DNA of 63,902 nt, counting the filler, from Choristocarpus tenellus KU-1152 (lineage: Eukaryota > Protista > Phaeophyceae): the NCBI GenBank assembly GCA_964200185.2. It is 11 parts of 11 records of this genome, joined end to end, with 100 filler letters (N's around TTAATTAATTAA, not from the genome) between each part and the next. Parts side by side here need not be neighbours in the genome. Positions count along the whole stretch, not along the records: positions 10,672 to 16,645 come from CAXNAD020009275.1; positions 16,746 to 28,613 come from CAXNAD020002092.1; 9 more parts are not named here. The stretch is one strand, 5' to 3'. Shown piece after piece: positions 13,171 to 26,650 of this stretch. The first letter of the stretch is position 1; the number at the start of each line of letters is the position of its first letter. The translations under genes were made by a program, and so were the position numbers. The notes under the pieces were generated by a model. That model was given only the letters and a program-made list of their open reading frames with translations, was not told the DNA's origin and searched no databases.

Positions 13171-16100
13171 TGTGGAGCAACGGATTTAAGCCTTGAGCAT
13201 GTCAAAACTTCGTGAAAATAAATTGTGACACAACCCACGCTTTTTTTTCTACCCCAGAACCCCAAGATGTTGTGTTTACGTACCCCTGTGACACATTCAG
13301 CAATACCCGAAACTATGAAACCCCTACCACGATATGTTAGACAGCAAGAGTCGTGAAGTGATGTAGATAATGCTGACACAGACAGAATACTTCGAGTTAC
13401 ACGTGTACAATATCCTGCAGCAACAAGACACCACAGTTGGAGGTTGACAAAATATATCTACTTCATCCTCAACCAACGCTCTGGATTACGCCACAGCTGC
13501 ATACAGGTCGTAGTAGGAGATAATCGCTAGAGAGAGCCCTATGCCCCGCTTAATCGCATCAGAAATCACAAGTAAGCATCCAAGGGTATGCGGATCGGGG
13601 TCAGTTCTTCAGATTGCGACTGAGGGTGGCAATGATTCTGTACATGGAAAAGATGAGTTGAGAGAAGTTTGGAGGGGCAGATGAGCATCATGGATCCATA
13701 GTGCAAGGTTTTTCTCTTCCATTTCAATCACCTGTCGCTTAGTAGGATCATGTGGTGAAGGACAGAGTCCCAAAATAATCGAAAGGACTACAGTCTCCAA
13801 ACACGATGACTGTAGGGCACAGCTAACTTCAGTGTAAAAGCCGACACATATTATAAGTTGACTCATTCTTATACTCTAGACCTCGTTGCTTTCAGCAAGC
13901 AACTATCGGACTACCGCTTACCCTGGTCTGCCCAGATGCCAATTGCAGCAGCGAGAGAGAGGCTCGCGATTCGCATCTTCCAGTCAGGTCAAGAAGACAG
14001 ATGTATGAACCTGATGGTAAAGATCACACACACTGTAATTCGAGGATATGGAAAATGGAGGTCGTTACTGCTCGAATGAGGCCAGAAGCAAGAGAGTCAA
14101 CAAATAATGAACATCACCTACCACAATGAAGCACTCAAGAGGCATTCCCTGCAAATTTCAAAGACCAAAGGAGGCGACGCACATGCAATACTGAAAAGAA
14201 CTAGCCGAGAGACACTAGGAGCAAAGTCTTCTTGGAGAGATAATATGTGGGGCTCAATTGAGTGACATTTTGGGGATGGGGCGATTGAAGAGTAGATCGC
14301 GACATTGGATTGAGATGGGTTGGACGAACCATAGAACCACCAAACCCTGTTTCTACCTGCTCGACTTCTCAAGAGATACACAATCTCATCCGGTCATCAT
14401 TTTGCCCGTTCTCCGACACTTTCCGCTGTCCATATGAACCCTACCTTCTCGTTCCCATGATAATTCGTTCTGACGAATGAGGTTCAAATTATATAGTGAT
14501 TCTATCAGCCTGTTGCAACTGACACGATTCACGGATGTTCTTTATATTTGATAATATGTCCACATATATATTCGAACTGCACACGTTAATCATTTATGTG
14601 ATGAAGCTTGAAATGGGATCCTTTTTATATATATATAAATAATTATTTTTATATTAATTCTTCCTAGAATAAATATAATGCTTCCTATATCCATTTCTGT
14701 GGAAAGAATTTCTGTATATTTTATTATTATGCCCTCTGACATTTTGCAGATGTGTCAGGGGGAAACCAATGAAAACTATCTATATATCTATATATTATTA
14801 TTATACCCCAATGTTTATATATAGTTATACCGTTATTGCCGTATGCCATATATATACCGCTATATCGTTGTATCGATTGAGTTTCTCAGTCAAACGTCCA
14901 TGACTTCACTGACAGACTTTCCGTCAGAATGAAACCATGGATTGTAACACATGGATGATCCACTTTGTTCTCACGTACAAGGTTACGGTTCGTCTTTATT
15001 CGTCTGGTCCGTCTTGCCCAGTGATTATCTTCACCACCCTTGCCTGACCACGATAAATTACTACAAAAACGATATTGTACCACATCAATTCTGTGCCGCT
15101 TTTTTAGGGTATGGTTATGGATGAACAAAATCGGGGTATCTACTGTACCTATTGTCAGAACCACTATGCATTCTTGGTTTCAGTTCTGATCAGAGTCGCT
15201 ATTGATTACTCTTCTCTAAAAAAAATCTCGGATTTTTGTATCACAATATATAGTGTAAAAAATACATTCGTGATTCATGTGAGTTGCAACAGATTGATAG
15301 AAGCACCACATAATGTGAACCTCATTCATCAGCACGAACTATAACCAAAAGGAGAAGGTAGGGTTAATATGGACAAGGGAAAGCGTCGGAGAACGGGCAA
15401 AAATGATGACCGGATGAGATTGTATATCTGTAGTGAAATTGAGCCGGTAGAAACAAGGTTCAGCGGTACTATGCTTTGCCCAACCTATCTCAATGCAATG
15501 TCGCGATCAACTCCTCAATTACCCCATCGCAAAAAATATGTCGCTTATTTGAGCCCACATGTAATCTCTCTAGGAACAATTTGGTCCTAGTGTCTCTCGG
15601 GCTAGTTCTTTTCAGCATTACATGTGCCTCGCCTCCTTTCGTCTTCGAAATTTGCTAGTGAATGCCCCTCGAGTGCTAAATGGTGGTAGGTCATATTCCT
15701 TGTCAACTCTCTTGCTCGTGTCATTCGAGCAGCGACGACCTCCAATTTCTATATCATCGAATTACAGTGTGTGTGATCTTTACCATCTTCAATACCACAA
15801 GGTTCACACATCCGTCTTCTTGACCGGATTGGAAGATGCGAATCGCAGGACTCTCTCTCGTTGCTACAATTGGCATCTGGGGAGACCAGGGTAAGCGGTA
15901 GTCCGATAGTTACGCAACGAGGTATGGATTATAAGAATGAGTCAACTAATGCGTATGTGTTGGCTTCTACACTGAAATTAACTCTGCCCTACAGTCATCG
16001 TGTTTGGAAACTGTAGTGCTTTCGATTATTATGGGACTCTGTTCTTCACCACATGATCCTACTATGCGAGAGGTAATTGAAATGGAAGAGAAAAACCTTG

Positions 16101-16645
16101 CAATATGGATCCATGATGCCCATCTGCCGCCCCAAACTTCTCTTAACACCTCTCCGCCACGTACAGAAACATTGCCACACTCAGTCGCAATCTGAAGAAC
16201 TGAGTGCGATTCGCATATCCTTCCTTGCATGAGTACTTGTGATTTCTGATGCCATTAAGCGAGGCATAGGGCTCTCTCTGGCGATTATTTCCTACTACGA
16301 TTAGTGGACGTGTATGCAGTTGTGGCGTAATCCAGCAGCGTTGGTTGAGGATGAACTAGATACATTTTGTCATCATCCAACGGTGGTGTCTTGCTGCCGC
16401 AGAATATTGTTCAAGTGTACTTCGAAGTATTCTGTCAGTGTCAGCGTTATGTACATCACTTCACGACTCTTGCTGTCTAACCTATCGTGATACGGGTTCA
16501 TAGTTTCGGGTACAACTGATTGTGTCACAGGGGTACGCAAACACAACATCTTGGGGTCCTGGGGTAGAAATAAAAGCGTGGGTTGTGTCATAATTTATTT
16601 TCACCAAGTTCTGACATGCTCAAGGCTTAAATCCGTTGCTCCACG
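13171..16645. repeat. Diverged inverted duplication: arms about 13171-14545 and 15255-16645 (right arm cut by contig end)
   Basis: GTGGAGCAACGGATTTAAGCCTTGAGCATGTC at 13172 is the reverse complement of the contig end; ORFs 13609-13866(-) and 16004-16195(+) are near-identical. Confidence 0.92.
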
Positions 16646-16911
16646 NNNNNNNNNNNNNNNNNNNNNNNNNNNNNNNNNNNNNNNNNNNNTTAATTAATTA
16701 ANNNNNNNNNNNNNNNNNNNNNNNNNNNNNNNNNNNNNNNNNNNNTTTTTTTTTTTTTATTTGACCGCCCCCCCCCCCACCCCCCCCCCCCCCCCCCCCC
16801 CCCCCCTCCCCCCCCCTTTCTCCCCCCCCCCCCCCCCCCCCCCCCCCTTCAAACCTTGACCTCTTTAATGTATCTTGTGTGCAATACTTTATGGACCAAA
16901 TTGTGCACTAG

Positions 16912-18847
16912 GTTGCACAAGGACAGACTGTAGCACCTCGGCTTCCACTGGTGCTCCATGATGTGCGCTTGCTGCTGCTGCGGCTGGCTCACCAGGAGAG
17001 TGTTTCTGCTGACTGCGGAGGAGGAGCAGTGACTAGCAATCTTCAGCTTGTCCCATACCAGCTACAGGTATCATGCTGCGCTTGCCCGTTGGGGAGGATG
17101 TTTTTCCTCTTGGTTTTGCCTGGTTTCAACAACCTATTTTCCTTTGACATGCTGTTTGTTGGAATTGGGGTTGTTTGATTGATGACTGACTGCATTGGAC
17201 CCTATTTCCCGTGCATGTTGGAAGGTTTTTGTTGTGATGTATAGAGTTGTAGAGGCGGAGCGGATGGATTTGTACTATGAAACTTTTCAACTAGTAGATA
17301 GGTCTTCAGCAACCTTTTCACTGTTGGTTGTATTGCTCATATGCCCTCGCAAATGCTGTTCTTCTCATGACACGCAGGTTGCAGCACGCCTGGCCAAGGT
17401 GAACGCAAAGATAAGTGGGGGTCAGCCTATACGCTGTCGAGCGTTACTGATTTCGTTTGTTGAAGAGTGCCAACTCAAGGAGCAAGGCATTGGTGGGGTA
17501 GGTGGCGAAGTGGGCAGGTTGGGTTTGAGTGGTGGTGTGGGTGAAGGAGAAGGGGAAGATAAAAGCAGGAGAAAGTTATGGAGGCGTCTACAAGAGTGTG
17601 CAGGGTTCATGATGATGCTGTCCATTCTGCTGCAGCCCCTGGAGGAATGGAGGAGCTGCAGGCGCCACTTTGTGGTAAGTTACTGCATTATGTTGTGTTA
17701 TCAGTGTTAGGTGGTTCTCAACTTAAGTTTGATCCAGGACGTATGTTGTGCCATTGGTACTACTCAACTATGATTTCATATCTCTCCACTGTCTTAAGTT
17801 CACATTGGTATTTATCATTTTCGATGGAATAATTGGGTATAGTTTTCTTTCTATATACTGTAGTTGCTAGGAAGGAGCAGTGTTTTTTTTTTTCTTGTGT
17901 ACCTAGTGCTGCGAAAAATGTTGTTGAAGTTTGTGCTCCTGTATTGTCTGTGTTTTATAATGTTGACGTCACATCGGCAATATCCATACACAGTCCAGGT
18001 CAGAAGATTGCCTTGACTTGAGAAAGTACTGTACTCCATCTGTGTATTGGTCGTTCTTAATAAAGCTCTGATTAGAGCTCAGGCAGATGCATAAGCAGCA
18101 TGCATGTACCCTGCTGCACTCCTCAATCCACTGACCCCCAACTCCTCCCCTATAAACCATGCCTTCCCGCCTGCTGGTCTGTATGTGTGCCCGCCCCCCC
18201 TTGGTGTGCCACTCTTCCTTCCAACTCTTGTGCACAATACTCAGGAGGAATTCATCAGGCATGCGGGTGCAGGTCGGGCTAGAGGAGCTGAAGGCTCTGG
18301 GCTAGGGGAGAGGTCACGGCGGCGATCTAGATCTTTTGGAGGCGTGTCTGGCAGCTCCAGTCCTCGGGTGATGGGCAGCCCTTCCACATCTAGTAGCACA
18401 CGAGGGGCCAAGCGCAAGCGCTCAGACAGTACAAGTGGGGGTGATGCAATTGCAGTGGCCACCTCTGTTGCTAGACTCGGTGCTGGTGCTGGTGAGGAGG
18501 CCATCCCACAGGTCGCCCGGCCAGCCATTGCCTTCTGCCGGATGGTGGATGCACTGCAGACTGCCCTGAAGGGAAACCTATCAGGAGATGGGGGTGCTGC
18601 ATCTGAGCCTGTGGAAGTGTTCACCAAGTGTGGGGATGAGGTCCTACTTGGTGCAAGCCGTGCGGCACAGGCGGCACTAGAGAGCACCCTGGCAGCACCT
18701 GGGGCAGGGGGGGGGATAGATGAGTGTTTTGAGGCACTGGGGATTCGGGGAGAGATTTTGGGGAAGGGGGCAAGGTCATGTAGAGAGCGTGTTGTGGAGC
18801 TCCTCAGTGAGGGGGAGCTGCAGGGCTTAGCAGCCCTACGGGAATGA
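16912..18847 (+). CDS. UBR4: C-terminal exons of UBR4/BIG/Pushover-family giant E3 ubiquitin ligase (16912-17067, 17378-17674, 18245-18847)
   Basis: LHDVRLLLLRLAHQESVSADCGGGAVTSNLQLVPY matches the UBR4 C-terminal motif as I recall it ([34 protein letters not shown]); all junctions phase 0. Confidence 0.85.
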
Positions 18848-20455
18848 GAGGGTGGAGTATTTGTGTTGAGGGGGGGTTGGTGAGAGGACGGTGAAGGGTG
18901 TATGACATGGCGGGCATTGAACAGGGAGGGGAGTCTTGTGGTCTGTATGATGGGAGGAGGGACATTGAGTCACTGTAGGTGGTTGCACAATGCTACCGGG
19001 AGCAGTATACATGTAGGTACTTTACAGTACATATCTTTGAACAGCGATTCTGATTGTAAACTGGAAAATGAAGAGGTGATAGGGCTAGAGGAGGACCAAA
19101 ACAAGGTTGGTGAGTAGTTGCCAAAGAAAGATGCACAAATAGCATGGAGAAGGGTCACCAGTTCCTTGTTGTGCCCACTTTTGGTGGCTTTGTTCTGGTT
19201 GGGGATTGAGAGGAAGGCATTTATTTTTATTATGGCAATGCCTGCTATGAACTGTTTCTATAATATGTTAATTTTATTGGCCATGATTATCTTGTGTTAT
19301 TTTTTTTCTAATCTCCCTTGAGGTTAGTCTTATCATGGCATCATACTTCAGTTCCATTCTTCACGATTTGTGAGTTGACTGCCTGTGCCTCACAACTATC
19401 TACCCACACCCCAACTACACAAAGGTAGAGTAGCACCATGTGAGTAGCAAGTAGGACAGCACAAGAGTGGCACCACATGCACACATGACTGTTCACCACT
19501 TTTGTGTGTGAAATAATTTACATGCCTCTCATGCAGGAAATGAAACTTCTCTTTGCATTACCATTACTTCTATCCTTATATAAACCATGCAATCCTTCAA
19601 AGTACACCATGTACAATGTTCCTGGTCAGGCCTCTCGCACTCAAAACTCTCAGTGCAGGTGTACTCTGACAATATCTCTAAGGTGTGGTCAATCCATTTG
19701 ACTTTGCCCTTTGCCATCACTTCCCATAGTTTTACCATCCTCAATCTTTCTATGTGTTCTATGCCACCACCCAAAATCTATGGTGGCAAAAATTACTCAC
19801 CTATTTCAACCACTTCCTATCACAGAAAAAAGGTAGTTATATGACAATGCTATCTATATCCTCTCCACCCACCATACATACTGTGTGAGTGTTCCTTTTC
19901 TAAAATCAAATCCTTTCTGTTGTAACTCAGAGATGCAATTGAGCTATAAAAACCCAAAACGAGTCAAGAACGGTATGTCAACATTGGTGCTTGGAGCACA
20001 GGGCCTCTTCTCAGTCTGGGCAAGAGCATCCCAAGTTAGAATGCCTTGCTTGTGCAGCAAAGCCCAGCTAAAACAGCACCAAATTCATAGGTACACCCAA
20101 CCTTTCCACAGGTATTTTCATCAAAACCAAAGCAGCTCAATCTACACAATCTCTATTATATAAGCTGCTTCCAAATGGAATTGACAGGATTTGGTCCATA
20201 ATAAAAATGCCGTTATTGCCTTGACATCACAACACCACCTGTACATAGCATGCCTGCACATAACATGCCTGTGCAGCAGTGCCAGTAACCAAGCACCTGC
20301 AAAGTCATACCAAGGCAGCAGCAGCGATACCTGCCGACCAGCAAATCCATGATACTTCTTCCAAAGCCTTGCCCTCCTCTTGCCCAGTCAACTTGGAAAA
20401 ATAAAGGACTTTTGTTTCTGTTGTACATTGCAGCTGTTGTATACTCCCTCAGGCA

Positions 20456-22952
20456 TCACTCCTTGCTGCCATAGAGTCTCTCCATAAGATCCCTCCATCG
20501 GTTGAGATCCTCACTTGTCAAGGGAGAATCACTACCTTGCACCTTGTACACATCACTGCCAGATTGAACATGCTCCCTGGGATCGTATTCCAGGTGTGAC
20601 TTGCTGCGGTCTGGGGCCAACACCACACCTCCAACTGGCACAATTCTAAGGCCAAAATCATGTTTCTGGCAAAAACTGTGCAGGTCCTGTAGGCAGAAGA
20701 TAGGGGACTGAATGAGGAAGAGGGATGCACTTAACACAGCAAGCAAGCAGCAAAAACGACCTTTGGGTGACATGATCCTTCCAGCATTAAGAGAGGGTAA
20801 CAACAGGTTTGTATGTACATTTTTCTGCGAGTCCACAACTTGAAATTTTTGCTCTTGCATTCTCAACAACAACAAACAATAACAAGTCACTGTTACACCA
20901 CACTCTACTATTCATTCAGAAACAACCCCGATTGCACATCTGGCAGGGAGGGAGGGATGTTTGTCTTTGCATCATGAAGGAAGAAGATTGCAGCAGAACC
21001 AATCCAATGCTCCCCTTAAAAAGGGCCATGCGATACAGTGATAAGGTAGGAATTGAACCTCAAAGAGCATGTGACAAAATATATACAAACTCCTCCTGTG
21101 TGTAGCACAGACACTATACACTCTTGGATTACAACTTCTGAGTCCCCTCTCTGGCTAATGTCCAATGTTATAAACATACACCATAGCCCACACCTGTACC
21201 CTTACATGCAAGGCAATATCTCAATCTTGAAATGTCCCTACTCTGGGAAAAAGGATAGCAACCCCTGCTGGCATAGGTTCTCTCTGCCTCCTACACAAGT
21301 TCAAGCCAAGTGACAAGTCATGTAGCAATAAGAAGGGCTAGAAGAAGATCAAGGAAAAAATTATGTTCACCTCATATAGTACAGAATGACATCCTATCAT
21401 GGAAGTCCTCTACAGATAGCAATAGCATAGATCCTCCAGCCAATCATTTCGCACAGATGCTTAGAACGTAGAAGTAGTCACAAACTATGGGATCTGCCCT
21501 AATCCTTACGCAACAAATTAATTTTCAGGTTACGTATCAAAAATGCGCACTGAACCAAGTTGAGTGGCACACCAGCCACAAAGGCCTTCTGTTGCATGTC
21601 ATCACCGCCAGTCAGAAAAAACACTACTTAAGTCATTACTAGCAGCCTACCTCCATCTCACTCCCAGTCCTATCCACACTCACTGCCATCGCACAGTCAT
21701 CGATCTACAGACATGTAAAACACCTTACTAAGGACACGATTGGGTCCAGGCATGTGGAAGCCCTGTGCCTCAAGCTGAAGAGCATAGCGGAGCGCCATGT
21801 CACGTTCCTCGAAGGCCAAGACTGCATTTCTTCCACTGGACCACAAGCAGTATACGCCGCAGTCCTGCTGACGTCCATTGAACATCAAGACCCACGCTGC
21901 ACGTGGCTCCTATCAAAAAAACAACCAACGTGAGTTGAGGGGGGACAATGGTTTTCTGCAAAGAATTTGGCATAGCGAGCTTTATGCTGGCACTGCTTCG
22001 TAGGAGAATCAGGATGTGATGATACAATGCCCAACTAACAATATAACAGGTCTCCGCCTGGAAAGAACTGGAAAGAACAGACTGGTGAGACTTGAGGGGG
22101 GGTAGGAGAGGAGGTGTTTGAGTGGGTAGAGACCCACTTGAAAGGTAGAAAAATTAGTTGAGGAAAGGTTCACACGCTCTCTTCACTTTAGTCTCTTCAG
22201 TCTGGCACCAACCTCAGGTGTCTGATGCCTATTGGGGCTCTGCCCCCGTCTCACTCCACGAGTGTCTTCTTTATGTTCGAGGATTCCATCACCACCCTTG
22301 ATCACAACATCCATCATCGCCCACATCATCGCTCCATTCATTCCCTCTTGAATCTGATAGGGATTAAAGTCGCCTGTATAGACGAGAAGCAACAACATGC
22401 CAAGAATAGTTGGTCTTCTTTTATAGCTTGTCGATGGTCAATCTTTGATGGGTGGCGTCTCTATCACAACCCCATAATTTGTCTGACATGATTTCATCTT
22501 TAAACTCGAGAGGAATATCATAAAGACGATGAACTGGTTGACTCACCGCTAATCGACGCCGCTAAATATCCCCTCGTCGGTCGCTTTGCTGTTGCCGCCG
22601 TCAATTTGAGAGGGCCATGGAACCCTGAATGCGAGAATTTCCAACAAAGAATTTATCGTGGCACCCAAGTTTAATAGCAAAGGAGGACAGGGCTCATTGC
22701 AAACAACGTTCACCATATATCCACAACATGTTTCTGAACTAGACAGAGTACCAAGTCCTGTATGTCGCAGGACGTAAAGCCAGTCTCACTCAACCGTAAC
22801 TTCAACTTCGATGGGTTTGCAACTATCAGGAGAGATTTCTAGGACGTTCAAAGAAAAGCTCGACCTCACTCACCCTCGACGGAAAGTATCGCTATAGCTA
22901 GCAGAAGAAATGGTGTGACAGCCACCATCGAACGACTTACGGCACTGATCAT
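20456..22952 (-). CDS. Plastid-targeted DUF3110-like protein; exons 22952-22874, 22624-22547, 22373-22213, 21909-21724, 20686-20456
   Basis: WVLMFNGRQQDCGVYCL...VLAFEERDMALRYALQLEAQGF resembles cyanobacterial DUF3110; N-terminus is a signal peptide ending VEG|F plus a basic, Ala/Thr-rich transit peptide; complete in-phase model. Confidence 0.8.
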
Positions 22953-23162
22953 TTCCTTCTAGGGTATATATGTATGGTACTGGGTTGCTCTAAGTGTGTA
23001 AGATAGGATCCAGGTTTGATACTTGACATTTGATATGCTAACAGATGGATATTCCATGTTGCATGTTCGTAAAATTAATGGCTTTATTGAAGATAGATGC
23101 ATTTTCACGACCATTATCCTTTGTTTAGAGTATGATTTGATTATTGATTCTGTGGTATGGTA

Positions 23163-23648
23163 GTGTCCAATCAGTTGTGAGGGATGAAAAATAAAAACAG
23201 TGGTGAGAGGGATTCCATGACTATATCAAGTACCACCCACTATCGTGAAGGCGACTCCACCAATCAGTCCCGAGGGGTGTTTAAGAACCTATGTCGCCGT
23301 GAGGCATTGTCCAATCAGTGGTGAGGGGTGATAAAAAGCACCAGCAGCAAACAATGCCCAAGAACATCATACCAACCAATCAAAGTGACTACCTTTGTCG
23401 TCATGAGGCATTTTCCTATCAGTAGTGGTGAGATGAGGGGTGTTTAGGAACCTCTGTCGTCGAGAGGCATTGTCCAATCAGTGGCGAGGGGTGATAAAAA
23501 GCACCAGCAGTAAACAATGCCCTAGAACATCACACCAACCAATCAAAGTGACTACCTTTGTCGTCGTGAGGCATTTTCCTGTCAGTGGTCGAGAGGTGAA
23601 AAGCACCAGTAGTAAACAATGCCCAAGAACATCACACCAACCTATCAA
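23163..23648. repeat. About 163-bp tandem repeat (2 full units plus partial) with multiple CCAATCA motifs
   Basis: GGGGTGTTTA(A/G)GAACCT at 23274 and 23437; AAAAGCACCAG...ACAATGCCC three times. Confidence 0.85.
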
Positions 23649-24940
23649 TCCTCTAGGGTGAACCTGATCTGAATCGTTGTTAACGTCAACAGCAAATGGT
23701 CAGGGAATTCTCAGAGCATATCTCTATATGATTGGTCGTTGTCTTGGGATACTTTCCAAACTAAATCCTCGTCAACGTTCGTAGAACCGTAACAACAGTG
23801 TACACATTTCTTTATTATTGTATGTAATGAACCTTTAATTTTCAAATATTAGGTATTTATTGAGAGTGTGCCTTGCCATTGACGACAACTACTACTGTTG
23901 TATTTACAGTTTTTTTGTGACACAGTTTAGGTTTTTCCCTGGCACATCTATCATCTGTAGAATGTCAGAGGGCATCATAATGAATGTTGATGTGAACGTC
24001 AACAGTCTGTAACGACAAAGAATTGTGTGTGCAATAACAGCCTTCACTTGTGTGAGCACGCGGAAATGGGTCTGACTAACATCAGGTATCTGAATTAGTG
24101 AAGTGTTGGACGTAGCATCAGAAAATTGCCCAGGCATGCCTACTCTACTAACTATTCTATCTGCATATGGAAGTATGTCACTTTTAGGTACTCCATCATC
24201 AAGTTGGCACCCTATTACTCTTCGACTAAAGGGTTATTTGACTATCAACGTTTGGATTTTTCCATACGAAAATATCCTCTAATGGTTTTGAATCAGTCAT
24301 TCAAGTGCAGAACAAAAGAGAGTGTTGGAATCTCAGACACCAAGAAAGGCATTAACTCCTGGACGTTTTTTTAAGACACAAATCGCCATCGGTTTGGTGT
24401 GTACATAGCGACAGGCAATGCAAATACTTCACTGTTTGTATACATCACAAGATATTCCTAACAACAACCCATCTATCACACCAACTAGGGGTACTATTAG
24501 TTCTAGCAGAAAGTAGTGCATGGATACCTAAAACCGTGCATGTTAAATGAACCAATCCTATCTCGAAATAATGCACAGTAGGACTTGAATATCTTTAGTT
24601 TGCCTCTAGAAAATAAACCTATACGAATTTCGATAGTAAGGACCAACCTACACTTCAACGTATATATAAACCATTAGTACACATGTAATAGTCAGAAAGA
24701 GTGGTGGCCTTGGGGTACTCGAAAACATGACGTCTTTATCAGTAGAGCTCTACCTACTGACGACTATCAATTTAGCACTGACCTCCCCTCGTGTTCGACA
24801 TACCTGATCGGAACACATAGAAGTAATCAATATTCCCACGGTTGGTGAAAAGAATCCTTCCCCTCTGGCAACTACCTCTCTTTAAACCAGCCATTTTTAC
24901 TATGTTACATTGTGTGGTAGGTATCAGTAGAGACCAGAGA

Positions 24941-25188
24941 GAGTGAACGTATCTTAGAGGGTACGAATTTTGCCTTGTTTGGGGTTTGGTTTCCCACGTT
25001 TTTTTTAATGGCATCTTCACTACTCCAAAATGTTTCGGAGAAGATAAAATTTATACACTATGAAAGGTGTGTCTGGAACAAGGATATTGACACTTCCTAA
25101 CAAACACGATAGCCAAAATGACAAAATCGCAACATCGGATTTTGGCCGACAAACGGACGCGGCTCTACCCTCTAAGGTACTTTGACTC
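24941..25188. mobile_element. MITE family B copy
   Basis: TIR GAGTGAACGTATCTTAGAGGGTA...TACCCTCTAAGGTACTTTGACTC; internal ATATTGACACTTCCTAACAAACAC shared with the other copies. Confidence 0.8.
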
Positions 25189-26650
25189 CGAGAAGATTGC
25201 AGTCTCGTAGTCCCTTGAAGTCGACAAAGTAGATGGCACTCACTCAAGTCCAAGTGTCCTATCCAAAGAAGTCGAGGATACACCCGCCAGTGGGAGGAAC
25301 CTAGTACAATGCCATTGTACCATTTTTTTGGAAGTATACGCTATCTGCCTAATGTAGTGAAGCACTAATAATGAATGCTGGGTCCTGAGCCATGTTGTGG
25401 GATTTTTTTTAGGACCTGATCCAAGAAGCTCAACCAAGTGCCATTCTCAGGAGCGTGAGTTGACTGGTTTTGCCAGCACAAATCATGGTTGACGGTGACC
25501 ACACTGTTTGTTGACAATGTTGGAGCACACACTACTGAGATGGAATAAATGATAGGAAGAGGTGAGTGGTAGCAGACCTGATTTGTTACAGCCTTACACT
25601 GAAGGTGCTGCCCGGGACAATGAATAAATGCTCTATAGTTTTATCACTATGTTTAAGAACAGGAGCTGATTCAGGTTGATAACTAAATAAAAATATCTGA
25701 TAAAGTTCGAATATCGTAAGAAGGAACCACAAAACAAATCCACAAGCGCATGATCATACCTCGTCTGCTTTGTTGTTTAAAGAAAAAACGTATGTATAGA
25801 GCTAGCCTTCAGGTGATGTGTAGTCTCTCTCTGGCGAATGGAGAGTGCATTTTGGGAAACCATTACTTGACAAATGTAGTCAAATCACTGGCGATGTCGC
25901 TATCTCAGTCACACTGTGTTTGAAACCTGTGGTTGGATGGGTTCACCATACACATGAGTGTAACTATGTCTTGCGCTTGAGAGACAAAGACAGAGATGTG
26001 CAATCAAACTTTGACGTGTCATGATGAGATATATACTCTCCATAAATTGTTCCTGACTGAATTTTAGTTAGATTGAGCACCTTTCACCACATTGCTCAAC
26101 CGTAACTTCAACATCGAAGTTAGATCAAGAACGTTTGACAAGGAAGTACAAACAGTAAGCACAAGCATGTACATAAACATGAGCCCTCAGTGCAGACTTA
26201 AGGGTTGATGTAAATTAACCTACACTTTACATTTTCCTCATAGGAAATGTCCATTGAACACCTATCGCTGTAGCTACATGATATATGGTGCTGTTGGGTT
26301 CCCATTGGAGGTCCCAAATAAGCAAGAGTGCGAGCTGCAGACTATAGGGAAGGTATCACCTCCCCTAACAATTTATCTTCAACCTGGATAACTAAAACTA
26401 CAGTGTCTTGTATGATCTAGAACCAACATAGTGAAATATTCCACATTAGAGCTACCACCAATCACTTAAGCTACAGTAGTCCAGTGAAATAGTGACCAAG
26501 ACCAACTCTGGTACATACAAAATGGTGTGGTACTATGCAGTGCTCATCGCTAGACAATATTGCAGGAGTAATAGGATTTCCAGTATTTACGGTTAGTCCT
26601 TTGAAGTAGGTGCAAGAAGGAGAGGGGGTGTAGTGAGTCCCTTCGTTTTC

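Noticed and set aside
15837-16053. Conserved spliced micropeptide MRIAGLSLVATIGIWGDQVIVFG... in both inverted arms
   Set aside because: Differences between arms are mostly non-synonymous in this frame, so conservation is explained by the duplication alone
18241-18687. Antisense ORFs over GC-rich exons (also 6820-7281, 26904-27200, 55844-56308)
   Set aside because: Shadow frames of real coding exons
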